Of a stretch of 64,000 nt of DNA, positions 56,838 to 64,000 are shown one piece after another. The notes under the pieces are model-generated. The model saw only the letters and a program-made list of their open reading frames with translations. It did not search any database and had not been told where the DNA came from. Source of the DNA: Candidatus Jorgensenbacteria bacterium GW2011_GWB1_50_10 (GTDB taxonomy: Bacteria; Patescibacteriota; Minisyncoccia; UBA6257; GWB1-50-10). The DNA is taken from contig LCQK01000001.1 of the NCBI GenBank assembly GCA_001004105.1, forward strand, positions 38,928 to 102,927, given 5' to 3'. Position numbers and translations under genes: made by a program. Each line of letters starts with the position of its first letter. The first letter of the stretch is position 1.

Positions 56838-57311
56838 TTAAAAAATAACGGAATTAAGTAGATCGTCTATTTCCGGATTGGTTGATTTCTGGACATCTAT
56901 GCTTTCTTCCTCCGATTCTAAAAGCGTTTGATTTAAGTGCTTCACGCTCGTGTTCGTTATTTCGCCCAGCGCCGAAGCAATGGCTTGATTAGCGTTTTGC
57001 TGATATTCCACTTCCTGAAGCTGAACGTTGATGGTAAGTCCCGCAAATTCCTGGCTCAGGTTTTCCGGGTTGAAAGCCGCTGAGACCGTCGGTTTGGATG
57101 GGACAAAAATAACGTAAGAAGCTACAACGACAAGGACAACGGCCGCGAAACTCAATGCCGGCGCAAGGCGCGGCAAGCTTAAAAAGCCGTAAAAATGGTT
57201 GGGTTTCGCGCTCGCGAGAATTGAGGTTTTTGAAGTTTCGGCAAAAGCCCGGTTCGGCTTGAGAAACCTTAATTTTCGAAGCTCGTTGATTATTTGGTCA
57301 TAGTTTGTCAT
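56838..57311 (-). CDS. Putative anti-sigma factor (single TM)
   Basis: Coupled to the ECF sigma gene, one central TM helix. Confidence 0.55.
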   Translation of the reverse strand: MTNYDQIINELRKLRFLKPNRAFAETSKTSILASAKPNHFYGFLSLPRLAPALSFAAVVLVVVASYVIFVPSKPTVSAAFNPENLSQEFAGLTINVQLQEVEYQQNANQAIASALGEITNTSVKHLNQTLLESEEESIDVQKSTNPEIDDLLNSVIF

Positions 57312-57847
57312 TACTGTTCCAATATCTTTTTGATTTGTTTTAAGGCCCGGTGCTGGATGACTCTTACCGCGCCTTCGCTTTTTCCTAAGATTCCGGCAAT
57401 CTCCTTATTGGAAAGCTCGTCAACGAACTTCATTATAAGGAGGTTCTGGTGGTCTTCATCGAGAAGCCTCAACGCTCCCCAGATAAGCTTCAGTTCCAAT
57501 TTTTTATCTATTTTTTCGCCGATGTCCGGCAAATCAGACAAAAGATTTTCGGAAACGAGTTCGATGTTAACGTTCACTTTATTGGTTCGCCAATGGTCAA
57601 CGACGGCGTTTCTCGCAATTTTATAGAGCCAGCTTGAGAAAGGAAAACCCTTCTCCCGGTAGTTGCCGATATTCTGCCAGGCGGAGAGGAAAACCTGATG
57701 GCAAATATCCTCGGCATCGACCCGGGTTCCAACCTTCAAAAGGATAAACCGATAGATAGCCGGAAGGTGCCTATCGTAAATTTCCCCAAACGCCCCATTG
57801 TCTCCTTTTTGGGCTTTTTTAACGAGCTCGGACTCTTCTTTTGTCAT
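57311..57847 (-). CDS. ECF RNA polymerase sigma factor
   Basis: DAEDI, FSSWLYKIARN, EIAGILGKSEGAVRV. Confidence 0.92.
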   Translation of the reverse strand: MTKEESELVKKAQKGDNGAFGEIYDRHLPAIYRFILLKVGTRVDAEDICHQVFLSAWQNIGNYREKGFPFSSWLYKIARNAVVDHWRTNKVNVNIELVSENLLSDLPDIGEKIDKKLELKLIWGALRLLDEDHQNLLIMKFVDELSNKEIAGILGKSEGAVRVIQHRALKQIKKILEQ

Positions 57848-57851
57848 AGGT

Positions 57852-57878
57852 AAAACGATTGATTTTGAATAATGTTTC
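57852..57878 (-). promoter_or_regulatory. Possible ECF autoregulatory promoter
   Basis: GAAAC-16 nt-CGTTTT just upstream of the sigma ATG. Confidence 0.4.
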
Positions 57879-57972
57879 TTTTGTCCCGTAACGGATTAGG
57901 ATTGATTGTAACGTTACAGTTGAAATCTAACAAATAAAGAAAGTTATAGCAATTGAGCGGGATACCGGAATC

Positions 57973-58012
57973 CCTGCCTGCCGCCTGCCTGCCGGTAGGC
58001 AGGGCAGGCAGG
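57973..58012. repeat. Nested REP-like palindrome (copy inside a copy)
   Basis: CCTGCCTGCCG[CCTGCCTGCCGGTAGGCAGG]GCAGGCAGG. Confidence 0.8.
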
Positions 58013-58033
58013 GAACCGGCGCTGCCAGTATTC

Positions 58034-58108
58034 TGGTGCGGGATGCGAGAATTGAACTCGCGTCTTCAGTTTGGAAAACTGATGTATTAGCCACTATACG
58101 AATCCCGC
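58034..58108 (-). tRNA. tRNA-Gly(TCC)
   Basis: GCGGGAT/ATCCCGC acceptor, TCAGT-TTTCCAA-ACTGA, encoded CCA. Confidence 0.93.
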
Positions 58109-58140
58109 CGTTGTAAGATAATGCTTACATATTTAGAGGA

Positions 58141-58785
58141 GTGTTTTCAAGGACATATGCTAATATTCTATTTGTGAAGTCTAGAACCAATTTTATCTGG
58201 AAGCACAAAGTTTTCTGGGTTACCGTTGTTTCTCTAATCGTTCTTTTTATTGTTTTCTATATTCTCGCCAAATGGAGCGCACCCGTTAGTCTGCCGCCGG
58301 AATTTCTATTGGCAAGGCAGGAAGCAGCCTCCGTTAGCGAGAAAATCGTTTCCCTTACGAACGCTACTAATAATAAAATCAAAGCCGTAAATATTTCCGA
58401 TCTTGACGGTAATGTCGCTGCGGCCCGCAATCTTCTTGAAGAAGCGCGGAATGACAACGGCGCGGCCTACGCCCAAGCTTTTGAGCTTTCCCAATATCTT
58501 CAACGAATCGCCGAGTCAATGAAACAGGTTTCGTCCGTAAAAAGCCAGCGTTTGGCTTATGAAGCGGTATCAATCGAACTTTCACTGGTTTCCGAATTCA
58601 TAACTTATACCCAAAATTTAAACGAATTTTTGAATAGTTTGTCGCGAGCTCTCGCGATGGAAAACCCTTCGGACCGACAACTGGTTTTGAACCGTCTTGA
58701 TGACGTCAATCGGAACGTCAATAAAATAAATTCCCTGAATCAGGAATTTCTCTCTAAAATCAGTGAGTTTGATAGGTCGCTTTAG
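58141..58785 (+). CDS. Membrane-anchored helical hypothetical protein
   Basis: N-terminal TM then coiled-coil-like sequence; start uncertain. Confidence 0.6.
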   Translation: MFSRTYANILFVKSRTNFIWKHKVFWVTVVSLIVLFIVFYILAKWSAPVSLPPEFLLARQEAASVSEKIVSLTNATNNKIKAVNISDLDGNVAAARNLLEEARNDNGAAYAQAFELSQYLQRIAESMKQVSSVKSQRLAYEAVSIELSLVSEFITYTQNLNEFLNSLSRALAMENPSDRQLVLNRLDDVNRNVNKINSLNQEFLSKISEFDRSL

Positions 58786-58788
58786 CAG

Positions 58789-58860
58789 CGTCCCCACGAG
58801 GAATCGAACCCCGATCTACTCCTTAGAAGGGAGCCGTTCTATCCGTTGAACTATGGGGAC
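58789..58860 (-). tRNA. tRNA-Arg(TCT)
   Basis: GTCCCCA/TGGGGAC acceptor, GCTCC-CTTCTAA-GGAGT. Confidence 0.92.
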
Positions 58861-58917
58861 TCAAATTCAGCGCTAATGTTGATTCTAAACCAAAAATCTA
58901 ATAGTTTAAAGGAGAAT

Positions 58918-58988
58918 CGGGGCGTAGTGTAACGGCAGCACGAGTCCTTTGGGAGGATTTAGTCCGAGTTCAAATCCCGGCGCCCCGA
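58918..58988 (+). tRNA. tRNA-Pro(TGG)
   Basis: CGGGGCG/CGCCCCG-A acceptor, AGTCC-TTTGGGA-GGATT. Confidence 0.85.
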
Positions 58989-58995
58989 CAAAATT

Positions 58996-59736
58996 TTACT
59001 CCGGAAAAATTACACCAATAAACCAAAGCAACGCTAATCCTATAAGAATTAGAAGAAAATGAGTAAATTCTTGAGGCCTTGTTTTATGATGAATCTCGGG
59101 CATTAAATCTGAAACAGCAATGTAAATGAAAATGCCGCTCGCGAAAGCGGTAAGGTAAGGGATAACACCGTTTAGTAGTGGGAGGGCGAGATAGCCGAGG
59201 ATTGCACCTACGGGTGTGGTGAGGGCAGTGAAAAAATTATAAAGAAGTACCTTGGTTTTGGTATAACCGGCATGAAGGAGGACGCCGAAGTCGCCGATTT
59301 CTTGTGGCACTTCATGGAAGAAGATAGCAATGGTCGCGGCGACGCCGACTGGTACTCCCAAACTGAAACTCAAAGCGATGATGATGCCGTCAATAAAGTT
59401 GTGAATCGCGTCGCCGAAGAGCACCGCGCTTGAGAAAGTGTGAAGGTCGCAGGTTTCGCGGTCGTGGCAGTGATACCACCTTAAGAATTTTTCAAAAACA
59501 AAAAGAACAAGAATACCCAGGACGACGAAAACGAAAATGTTACCGGTTCCGCCCGCCTCCGCCAGCGCTTCTGGAATAAGGTCAAAAAAAGCTGCACCCA
59601 TCAAGCTACCGACCGCAAAACTGACCAGAAGGAGGGAAAGGCTTCTCGCCAAACGCTCTTTAGCAAGCAGTAAAACTCCGCCGACTAGGGCGAAAACGCT
59701 GCCAATTAAACTCGCGGTTAGAATCTGTAAGAACAT
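58996..59736 (-). CDS. ZIP family metal transporter
   Basis: GDAIHNFIDG, HEVPQEIGDF, DLMPE. Confidence 0.92.
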   Translation of the reverse strand: MFLQILTASLIGSVFALVGGVLLLAKERLARSLSLLLVSFAVGSLMGAAFFDLIPEALAEAGGTGNIFVFVVLGILVLFVFEKFLRWYHCHDRETCDLHTFSSAVLFGDAIHNFIDGIIIALSFSLGVPVGVAATIAIFFHEVPQEIGDFGVLLHAGYTKTKVLLYNFFTALTTPVGAILGYLALPLLNGVIPYLTAFASGIFIYIAVSDLMPEIHHKTRPQEFTHFLLILIGLALLWFIGVIFPE

Positions 59737-59793
59737 TTTGACTGTTAAATTATTTCTTATTATACTAAAAATCCGAACCCATTAATATCTGAA

Positions 59794-59865
59794 GCCGCGG
59801 TAGCTCAGTGGTAGAGCTTTCGCCTGAAGAGCGAAGAGTCGTCAGTTCGATTCTGACCCGCGGCA
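59794..59865 (+). tRNA. tRNA-Phe(GAA)
   Basis: GCCGCGG/CCGCGGC acceptor, TTCGC-CTGAAGA-GCGAA. Confidence 0.93.
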
Positions 59866-59876
59866 CACTCTTTATT

Positions 59877-61061
59877 TCAGGCGATTTTGAAGAAACGGTG
59901 CTTGCCGATTTTCAAGACATCTCCTTTCTGGAAATTTATTTTTTCTTGTGGCTTCACTTTCTTTTCGCCGTTTAATTCCACGGCGCCCTGCGCGATTAAG
60001 CGCCTCGCCTCGCTTTTGCTTGGCACACCAGCTTTAATCAAAATTCCCATAATTCCTGATTCCTTATGCCCGATTCTTAAAGTCGGCACTTTAGCCGGCA
60101 GTTCTTTTTTAGAGAAGGTTTTTTCCCACTTCGCTGCCGCTTCCGCCGCCGGTTTTTCACCGTAGCAAAGTTTTACCACCCAGGAGGCGACTTTCAGTTT
60201 AGCGTCCCGCGGGCTCATATTCTTCAATTGTTTTACTTCACTCCACGGCATCTCGGTTGAAAATTCGGCAACCGGCATTATGGCCTCATCCGGCAAGGCC
60301 ATTGTTTTACCGAATAAGTTCTCCGGCTCATCATCCAGGTTAATAAACCCACCCTCGCTTTTATTCATGAGCTTCCGGCCGGTTTTCGGGTTTTCCAAGA
60401 GTTTGGTGGTGAGCACGAATTTTTCTTTGTGTTTCAGTACTTTCATCAAGTCGCGGCCGACCAGCATATTGAATGTTTGGTCCGTGCCGCCGATTTCCAT
60501 GTCCACGTTCATCGCGACCGAATCGTAACCCTGCATCAATGGATATAAGAACTCGTGCAAGCCGATTACCCTGTTTTCTTTCAGCCGCTTTTGGAACATG
60601 TCCCTTTTGCTCATTTGCTGAACCGTGAGCAATTGAGCGAGTTTCAGAATGTCTTCAAATTTCATTTTGGAATGCCAGGCAGAATTGAATTTTACAAGCG
60701 CTTTATTCGGGCCGGCGAAGTTTATTATTTTTGACGCTTGTTTTTTGAAGGTCTGGAGATTTTGCCGGACCTCTTTTTCAGATAATGGTTTTCTTGCCGC
60801 GAGGCGGTCTGAGGGATCGCCGATGCGGCCGGTGAAGTCGCCGATGAGAAAAATTATTTGATGGCCGAGATTTTTAAGGCGTTTAAGAACCAGCAAGTTC
60901 GTGGCGTGGCCCAAGTGAAGATGAGGCCCGGTCGGGTCAACACCAAGGTAAATTTTAAGTTTGCGGCCGCCATTTAACACCGTTTCAAGCGCCTGCTTTG
61001 AGGGGTAGATTTTATCTACCGCCCGTTCTAGAACTTCTTTTATCGTTTCAAGTTTCTTCAT
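59877..61061 (-). CDS. tyrS: Tyrosyl-tRNA synthetase
   Basis: GVDPTGPHLHLGH, YPLMQGYD, GGTDQ, C-terminal S4 domain. Confidence 0.95.
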   Translation of the reverse strand: MKKLETIKEVLERAVDKIYPSKQALETVLNGGRKLKIYLGVDPTGPHLHLGHATNLLVLKRLKNLGHQIIFLIGDFTGRIGDPSDRLAARKPLSEKEVRQNLQTFKKQASKIINFAGPNKALVKFNSAWHSKMKFEDILKLAQLLTVQQMSKRDMFQKRLKENRVIGLHEFLYPLMQGYDSVAMNVDMEIGGTDQTFNMLVGRDLMKVLKHKEKFVLTTKLLENPKTGRKLMNKSEGGFINLDDEPENLFGKTMALPDEAIMPVAEFSTEMPWSEVKQLKNMSPRDAKLKVASWVVKLCYGEKPAAEAAAKWEKTFSKKELPAKVPTLRIGHKESGIMGILIKAGVPSKSEARRLIAQGAVELNGEKKVKPQEKINFQKGDVLKIGKHRFFKIA

Positions 61062-61140
61062 TTTCTCAATTCTACCACGAAGAAGCTGCGCGTACATCAC
61101 AACGATTCAAAAACATCTAAACCCGGTTTGTTATAAATTG

Positions 61141-61172
61141 GGTGGTATACTTAAGTATACCACCTGGGTTTT
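61141..61172. repeat. Palindrome upstream of tyrS
   Basis: GGTGGTATACTTAAGTATACCACCTGGGTTTT, identical to 46984-47015. Confidence 0.9.
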
Positions 61173-61188
61173 ATGTGACGGTAAGTTC

Positions 61189-61434
61189 TTATTTTTTAAA
61201 AATCTCCACAATTTCCAACCCCGTTTCTTTGCCGTGAATCGTATATTTTTTCTTTTCGCCTGCCGTGGCGCCAATCACCGCTCTGCCGATGGGGCACATG
61301 TCGGAGATGAAGCCGTTTCCGGGGTCGGTTTTATCGCTCGAAACCACGGTGTAGGATTTTATCTCGCCGTTTTCAAATTTGATTTTAACGGTGTCACCGA
61401 GCGATATTTTCCTTTGACCGGTCTCGGCGCCCAT
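61189..61434 (-). CDS. GreA/GreB C-terminal domain only
   Basis: DPGNGFIS..PIGRAVIG...G; N-terminal coiled coil absent. Confidence 0.7.
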   Translation of the reverse strand: MGAETGQRKISLGDTVKIKFENGEIKSYTVVSSDKTDPGNGFISDMCPIGRAVIGATAGEKKKYTIHGKETGLEIVEIFKK

Positions 61435-61437
61435 TTT

Positions 61438-62022
61438 TTATTTCTTGGTTTTGACGATTTCGTCGATCAAGCCGTACTCTTTAGCCTCCTTGGCATCAAG
61501 CCAAAAATCCCGCTCGGTGTCTCGCTCGACTTTACTGAGCGGTTGGCCGGTGTGCTTGGAAAGGATTTGGTTCAAGTGGTCTTTGATTTTCACGATGTGT
61601 TTGGCGGTGATTTCAATCTCGGTCGCCTGGCCCTCGGCGCCGCCCATCACTTGGTGGAGGAGAATCTCGGAGTTGGGGAGGGCGAATCTTTTGCCTTTTT
61701 GACCGGCCGAGAGAAGCACCGCGCCCATCGAGGCGGCCAGTCCTATGCAAATCGTGGAAACCGGGGCCTTCACGTGCTGCATCGTGTCGTAAATTGCCAT
61801 CCCGGCCGTGACCGAGCCGCCCGGGGTGTTCACGTAAAACTTGATGTCTTTTTTGGAATCCTGATGGTCCAAAAAAAGAAACTGGGCGATGATGCTGTTT
61901 GCGACCATGTCGTTTATCGGGCCGCCAAGAAAAATTATCCGCTCTTTAAGAAGACGGGAGTAGATGTCGTAAGCCCGCTCGCCCAAATCGGACTTTTCAA
62001 TTACGGTAGGAATGAGATTCAT
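61438..62022 (-). CDS. clpP: ATP-dependent Clp protease proteolytic subunit
   Basis: [29 protein letters not shown]. Confidence 0.97.
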   Translation of the reverse strand: MNLIPTVIEKSDLGERAYDIYSRLLKERIIFLGGPINDMVANSIIAQFLFLDHQDSKKDIKFYVNTPGGSVTAGMAIYDTMQHVKAPVSTICIGLAASMGAVLLSAGQKGKRFALPNSEILLHQVMGGAEGQATEIEITAKHIVKIKDHLNQILSKHTGQPLSKVERDTERDFWLDAKEAKEYGLIDEIVKTKK

Positions 62023-62040
62023 GGAAATTCAGTTGATAAT

Positions 62041-62415
62041 CTATAGAGATTCAGTTGACCGTTTGATTCGTTTGGTTGACTGGATGTAATTATTTAGCTT
62101 CACGCCAAGATTTTTAAGCTCCCTGCTAAGTTCCTCAAAACGAACATTGTCTATTTTATTCCTTTTAAGTAAGAGGTCAAGCCAGTTCAAACTTTCAAAA
62201 AGGGAGCCGCGGGCATTGTAGTTGAACTTATTTCTGTCCAAATAATGGAATCTGCCGAAACCCTCGGCAATGTTAGCGCCAATGGAGTCAATGGCGCTGA
62301 TAAATTGGTCGCCCATAATCTTCTTATCTTGCCAATCTAATTGAAGATAGATTCCCCAAGAGGCGTCGGAAATATTTTTAGCCAGTTTATAAATTTCTAA
62401 GTCGTTGAGTTCCAT
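62041..62415 (-). CDS. Four-helix-bundle protein (23S IVS protein-like family)
   Basis: DLEIYKLA, SIGANIAEGFGR, ARGSLFES. Confidence 0.88.
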   Translation of the reverse strand: MELNDLEIYKLAKNISDASWGIYLQLDWQDKKIMGDQFISAIDSIGANIAEGFGRFHYLDRNKFNYNARGSLFESLNWLDLLLKRNKIDNVRFEELSRELKNLGVKLNNYIQSTKRIKRSTESL

Positions 62416-62429
62416 TTCTCAACAAAACC

Positions 62430-62477
62430 TCCATTGAATTTCAATAGAATCTCTATGGTATTTCTATTGAATTTCTA
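62430..62477. repeat. 11-bp-period tandem repeat upstream of the four-helix-bundle gene
   Basis: TCCATTGAATT/TCAATAGAATC/TCTATGGTATT/TCTATTGAATT. Confidence 0.65.
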
Positions 62478-62960
62478 ATATCTAACTATTTCCACTTCCG
62501 TGACGTCAAATCTTTCGGCGTCGCGAATGTTGGTATCGCTTGTCACTTTTACGTTGTCGCCGACTTTAATGTCGGAGAGTTTGATAATTTTAGTCGCGGT
62601 GCTCCCACTCTTGTCTGGCGTGCCGAAATCAAGGAGGAAAAATTTGGTGGCGCTTGTTACCATCGCATAACGAATCTCTACGCTCTGGGCGGTGCCGTCG
62701 GTGTGGGGAAGGTAATCATTGGGGTCTCTCACTTCCAAATTAATGATTGCGCCGTAGATGGCTTTCACAACACCCGTCAAACTTGTCATCACTTCCGGCG
62801 GTCTGGGGAAAGCAAGGTCAAGGAGGGGATTCAGGCGGTTTTCCGCTTCCGTTCGGCCGGTGGTTTCGCCCTGTTTTTTGCCGAGAACCATGCCGAAGGC
62901 CAGAGCAAGAATTACAACTGCCACTATCGAAGTAATAAGGGCAATTTTTTTGGTTCTCAT
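62475..62960 (-). CDS. Membrane-anchored hypothetical protein (possible OB-fold)
   Basis: N-terminal TM, LSDIKVGDNVKV. Confidence 0.6.
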   Translation of the reverse strand: MRTKKIALITSIVAVVILALAFGMVLGKKQGETTGRTEAENRLNPLLDLAFPRPPEVMTSLTGVVKAIYGAIINLEVRDPNDYLPHTDGTAQSVEIRYAMVTSATKFFLLDFGTPDKSGSTATKIIKLSDIKVGDNVKVTSDTNIRDAERFDVTEVEIVRY

Positions 62961-63015
62961 TCACCTAATATTATAGCATTTTCTCTTGAATCGTCGTGTT
63001 ATAATAAATTTAACC

Positions 63016-64000
63016 ATGAAAACTTTCCGCAACCCGCTTTTCTATTTGGTAATTCTCCTGGGTATTGCAGTTGTTTTCGGCGTCGTCCAGGCCGCTTTCA
63101 CAGAGCCATCTAATTCTTTTCCTGGCAGTGCTCCGGCCGCGCCTTTAGACACTTCATCTTTAGAGCAAACTAAAAGCGGTAATTTAATTTTGGATGCTAT
63201 TAAATTTACGGGAACCAATGCTATTCAGTTTCAGCAGGGTCAAATTTTAAGTGTCGGCGCCGGTTTTCAGTTCACGCCCCTTACGAGCGGCAACCAAACT
63301 CTTATTAGAAACAGCGTTGGCTCAATTCTGCTTCAGCCGACAGGTAGCAAGGGGGTTTTAGTTGGTGATGTTTCTCCCGGATTTACAGCAAGCTTGATCA
63401 CACCTAATGTTTTAATATCCGGCGGTTCCGGCGCCGACGCTCAAGGGATTTATTTAGGTGTCTGGCAGGGCGTAGCTGGTTTCTACACCATTAAAACCGG
63501 CGACGCTTCAGCGCCGCCCCTTGCCTTTTTAGTAGGTGATTCAGAGAGAGTTCGGATTAATACAAGCGGCGATGTCGGCATCGGGACATCAAACCCCACA
63601 ACCAAATTAGAAGTAATTGGCACTGCAAGTTCAACAGAGGTTTGTATTAGCGGCGATTGTAAAACCGCTTGGCCAGCAGGCGCTGTCTCACAGTGGACTT
63701 CCATAAGCGGCGGCAGGATTTATTACAACGGCGGGAGTGTGGGGATTGGGACCGATAGCCCTAATGAGTCCCTTGATGTTGGCGGAAACATCAAAACGTC
63801 TGGCAACCTCTTACTTCCAATAGACAGCGGGTTTCCCGTCACTAAAGGAATTTATTTTGGTAGCAGTGCTTTTATCGGTTATGCCCCCTCTCTTCAGGAA
63901 ATATTTATAGTTAGCGGTAGCGGCGCCATCGGTTTTAAAGACGGCGGCATAAAAATTGATAGTGGCGGAACCATTCTTTTACCAACTTGTGATGATACTC
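63016..64000 (+). CDS. Surface/fibre-like protein with GxVGIGTxxP repeats (partial, not in ORF track)
   Basis: Manual translation MKTFRNPLFYLVILLGIAVVFGVVQAAFTEP...GDVGIGTSNP...CISGDCKTAWP...GSVGIGTDSP; runs off the window. Confidence 0.75.
   Translation, partial: MKTFRNPLFYLVILLGIAVVFGVVQAAFTEPSNSFPGSAPAAPLDTSSLEQTKSGNLILDAIKFTGTNAIQFQQGQILSVGAGFQFTPLTSGNQTLIRNSVGSILLQPTGSKGVLVGDVSPGFTASLITPNVLISGGSGADAQGIYLGVWQGVAGFYTIKTGDASAPPLAFLVGDSERVRINTSGDVGIGTSNPTTKLEVIGTASSTEVCISGDCKTAWPAGAVSQWTSISGGRIYYNGGSVGIGTDSPNESLDVGGNIKTSGNLLLPIDSGFPVTKGIYFGSSAFIGYAPSLQEIFIVSGSGAIGFKDGGIKIDSGGTILLPTCDDT

Noticed and set aside
58918-58988. tRNA-Gln call based on the D-arm
   Set aside because: The anticodon loop reads TT-TGG-GA and the C1-G72/A73 acceptor fits Pro.
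61138-62046. 302-aa plus-strand ORF
   Set aside because: Antisense shadow of clpP and the Gre-domain gene.
62041-62415. DGR accessory protein Avd implying a diversity-generating retroelement
   Set aside because: No reverse transcriptase or TR/VR pair in the window; a generic four-helix-bundle protein is sufficient.
1-64000. CRISPR array, transposase, integrase or prophage
   Set aside because: No regularly spaced repeat-spacer array and no such protein motifs; the holin-family gene is an isolated membrane protein.

Overview
Chromosomal segment around the replication origin of a small-genome bacterium. The gene set suggests Patescibacteria/CPR, probably Parcubacteria (inference): VirB4/pilin-like cluster, PilB, CPR-type Cys-rich and surface proteins, standard genetic code, and many genes with a -10 box just before the start codon and no Shine-Dalgarno. 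Most of it is housekeeping: dnaA-dnaN with a likely oriC, rpmH-rnpA-yidC-jag, ruvABC, polA, four aaRS genes, infC-rpmI-rplT, smpB-ssrA, rnj, rny, clpP and six tRNAs. The main features not explained by the ORF track are: (1) a ~750-nt, GNRA-rich, long-range-paired candidate ncRNA (51440-52190, minus strand) with its own promoter and terminator, followed by a second ~140-nt unit, plus three more promoter-structure-terminator units; (2) two ArsR-type HTH genes, each bracketed by its own pair of 21-24-bp inverted repeats sharing the core TTCGCGCGAA; (3) a tmRNA whose 5' end lies inside the smpB coding sequence, and a tRNA-Arg overlapping an upstream stop codon; (4) an identical 24-bp palindrome upstream of both trpS and tyrS, and REP-like palindromes, one nested and one in-frame inside mutM. 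All RNA structures were paired by eye; no database search was run.
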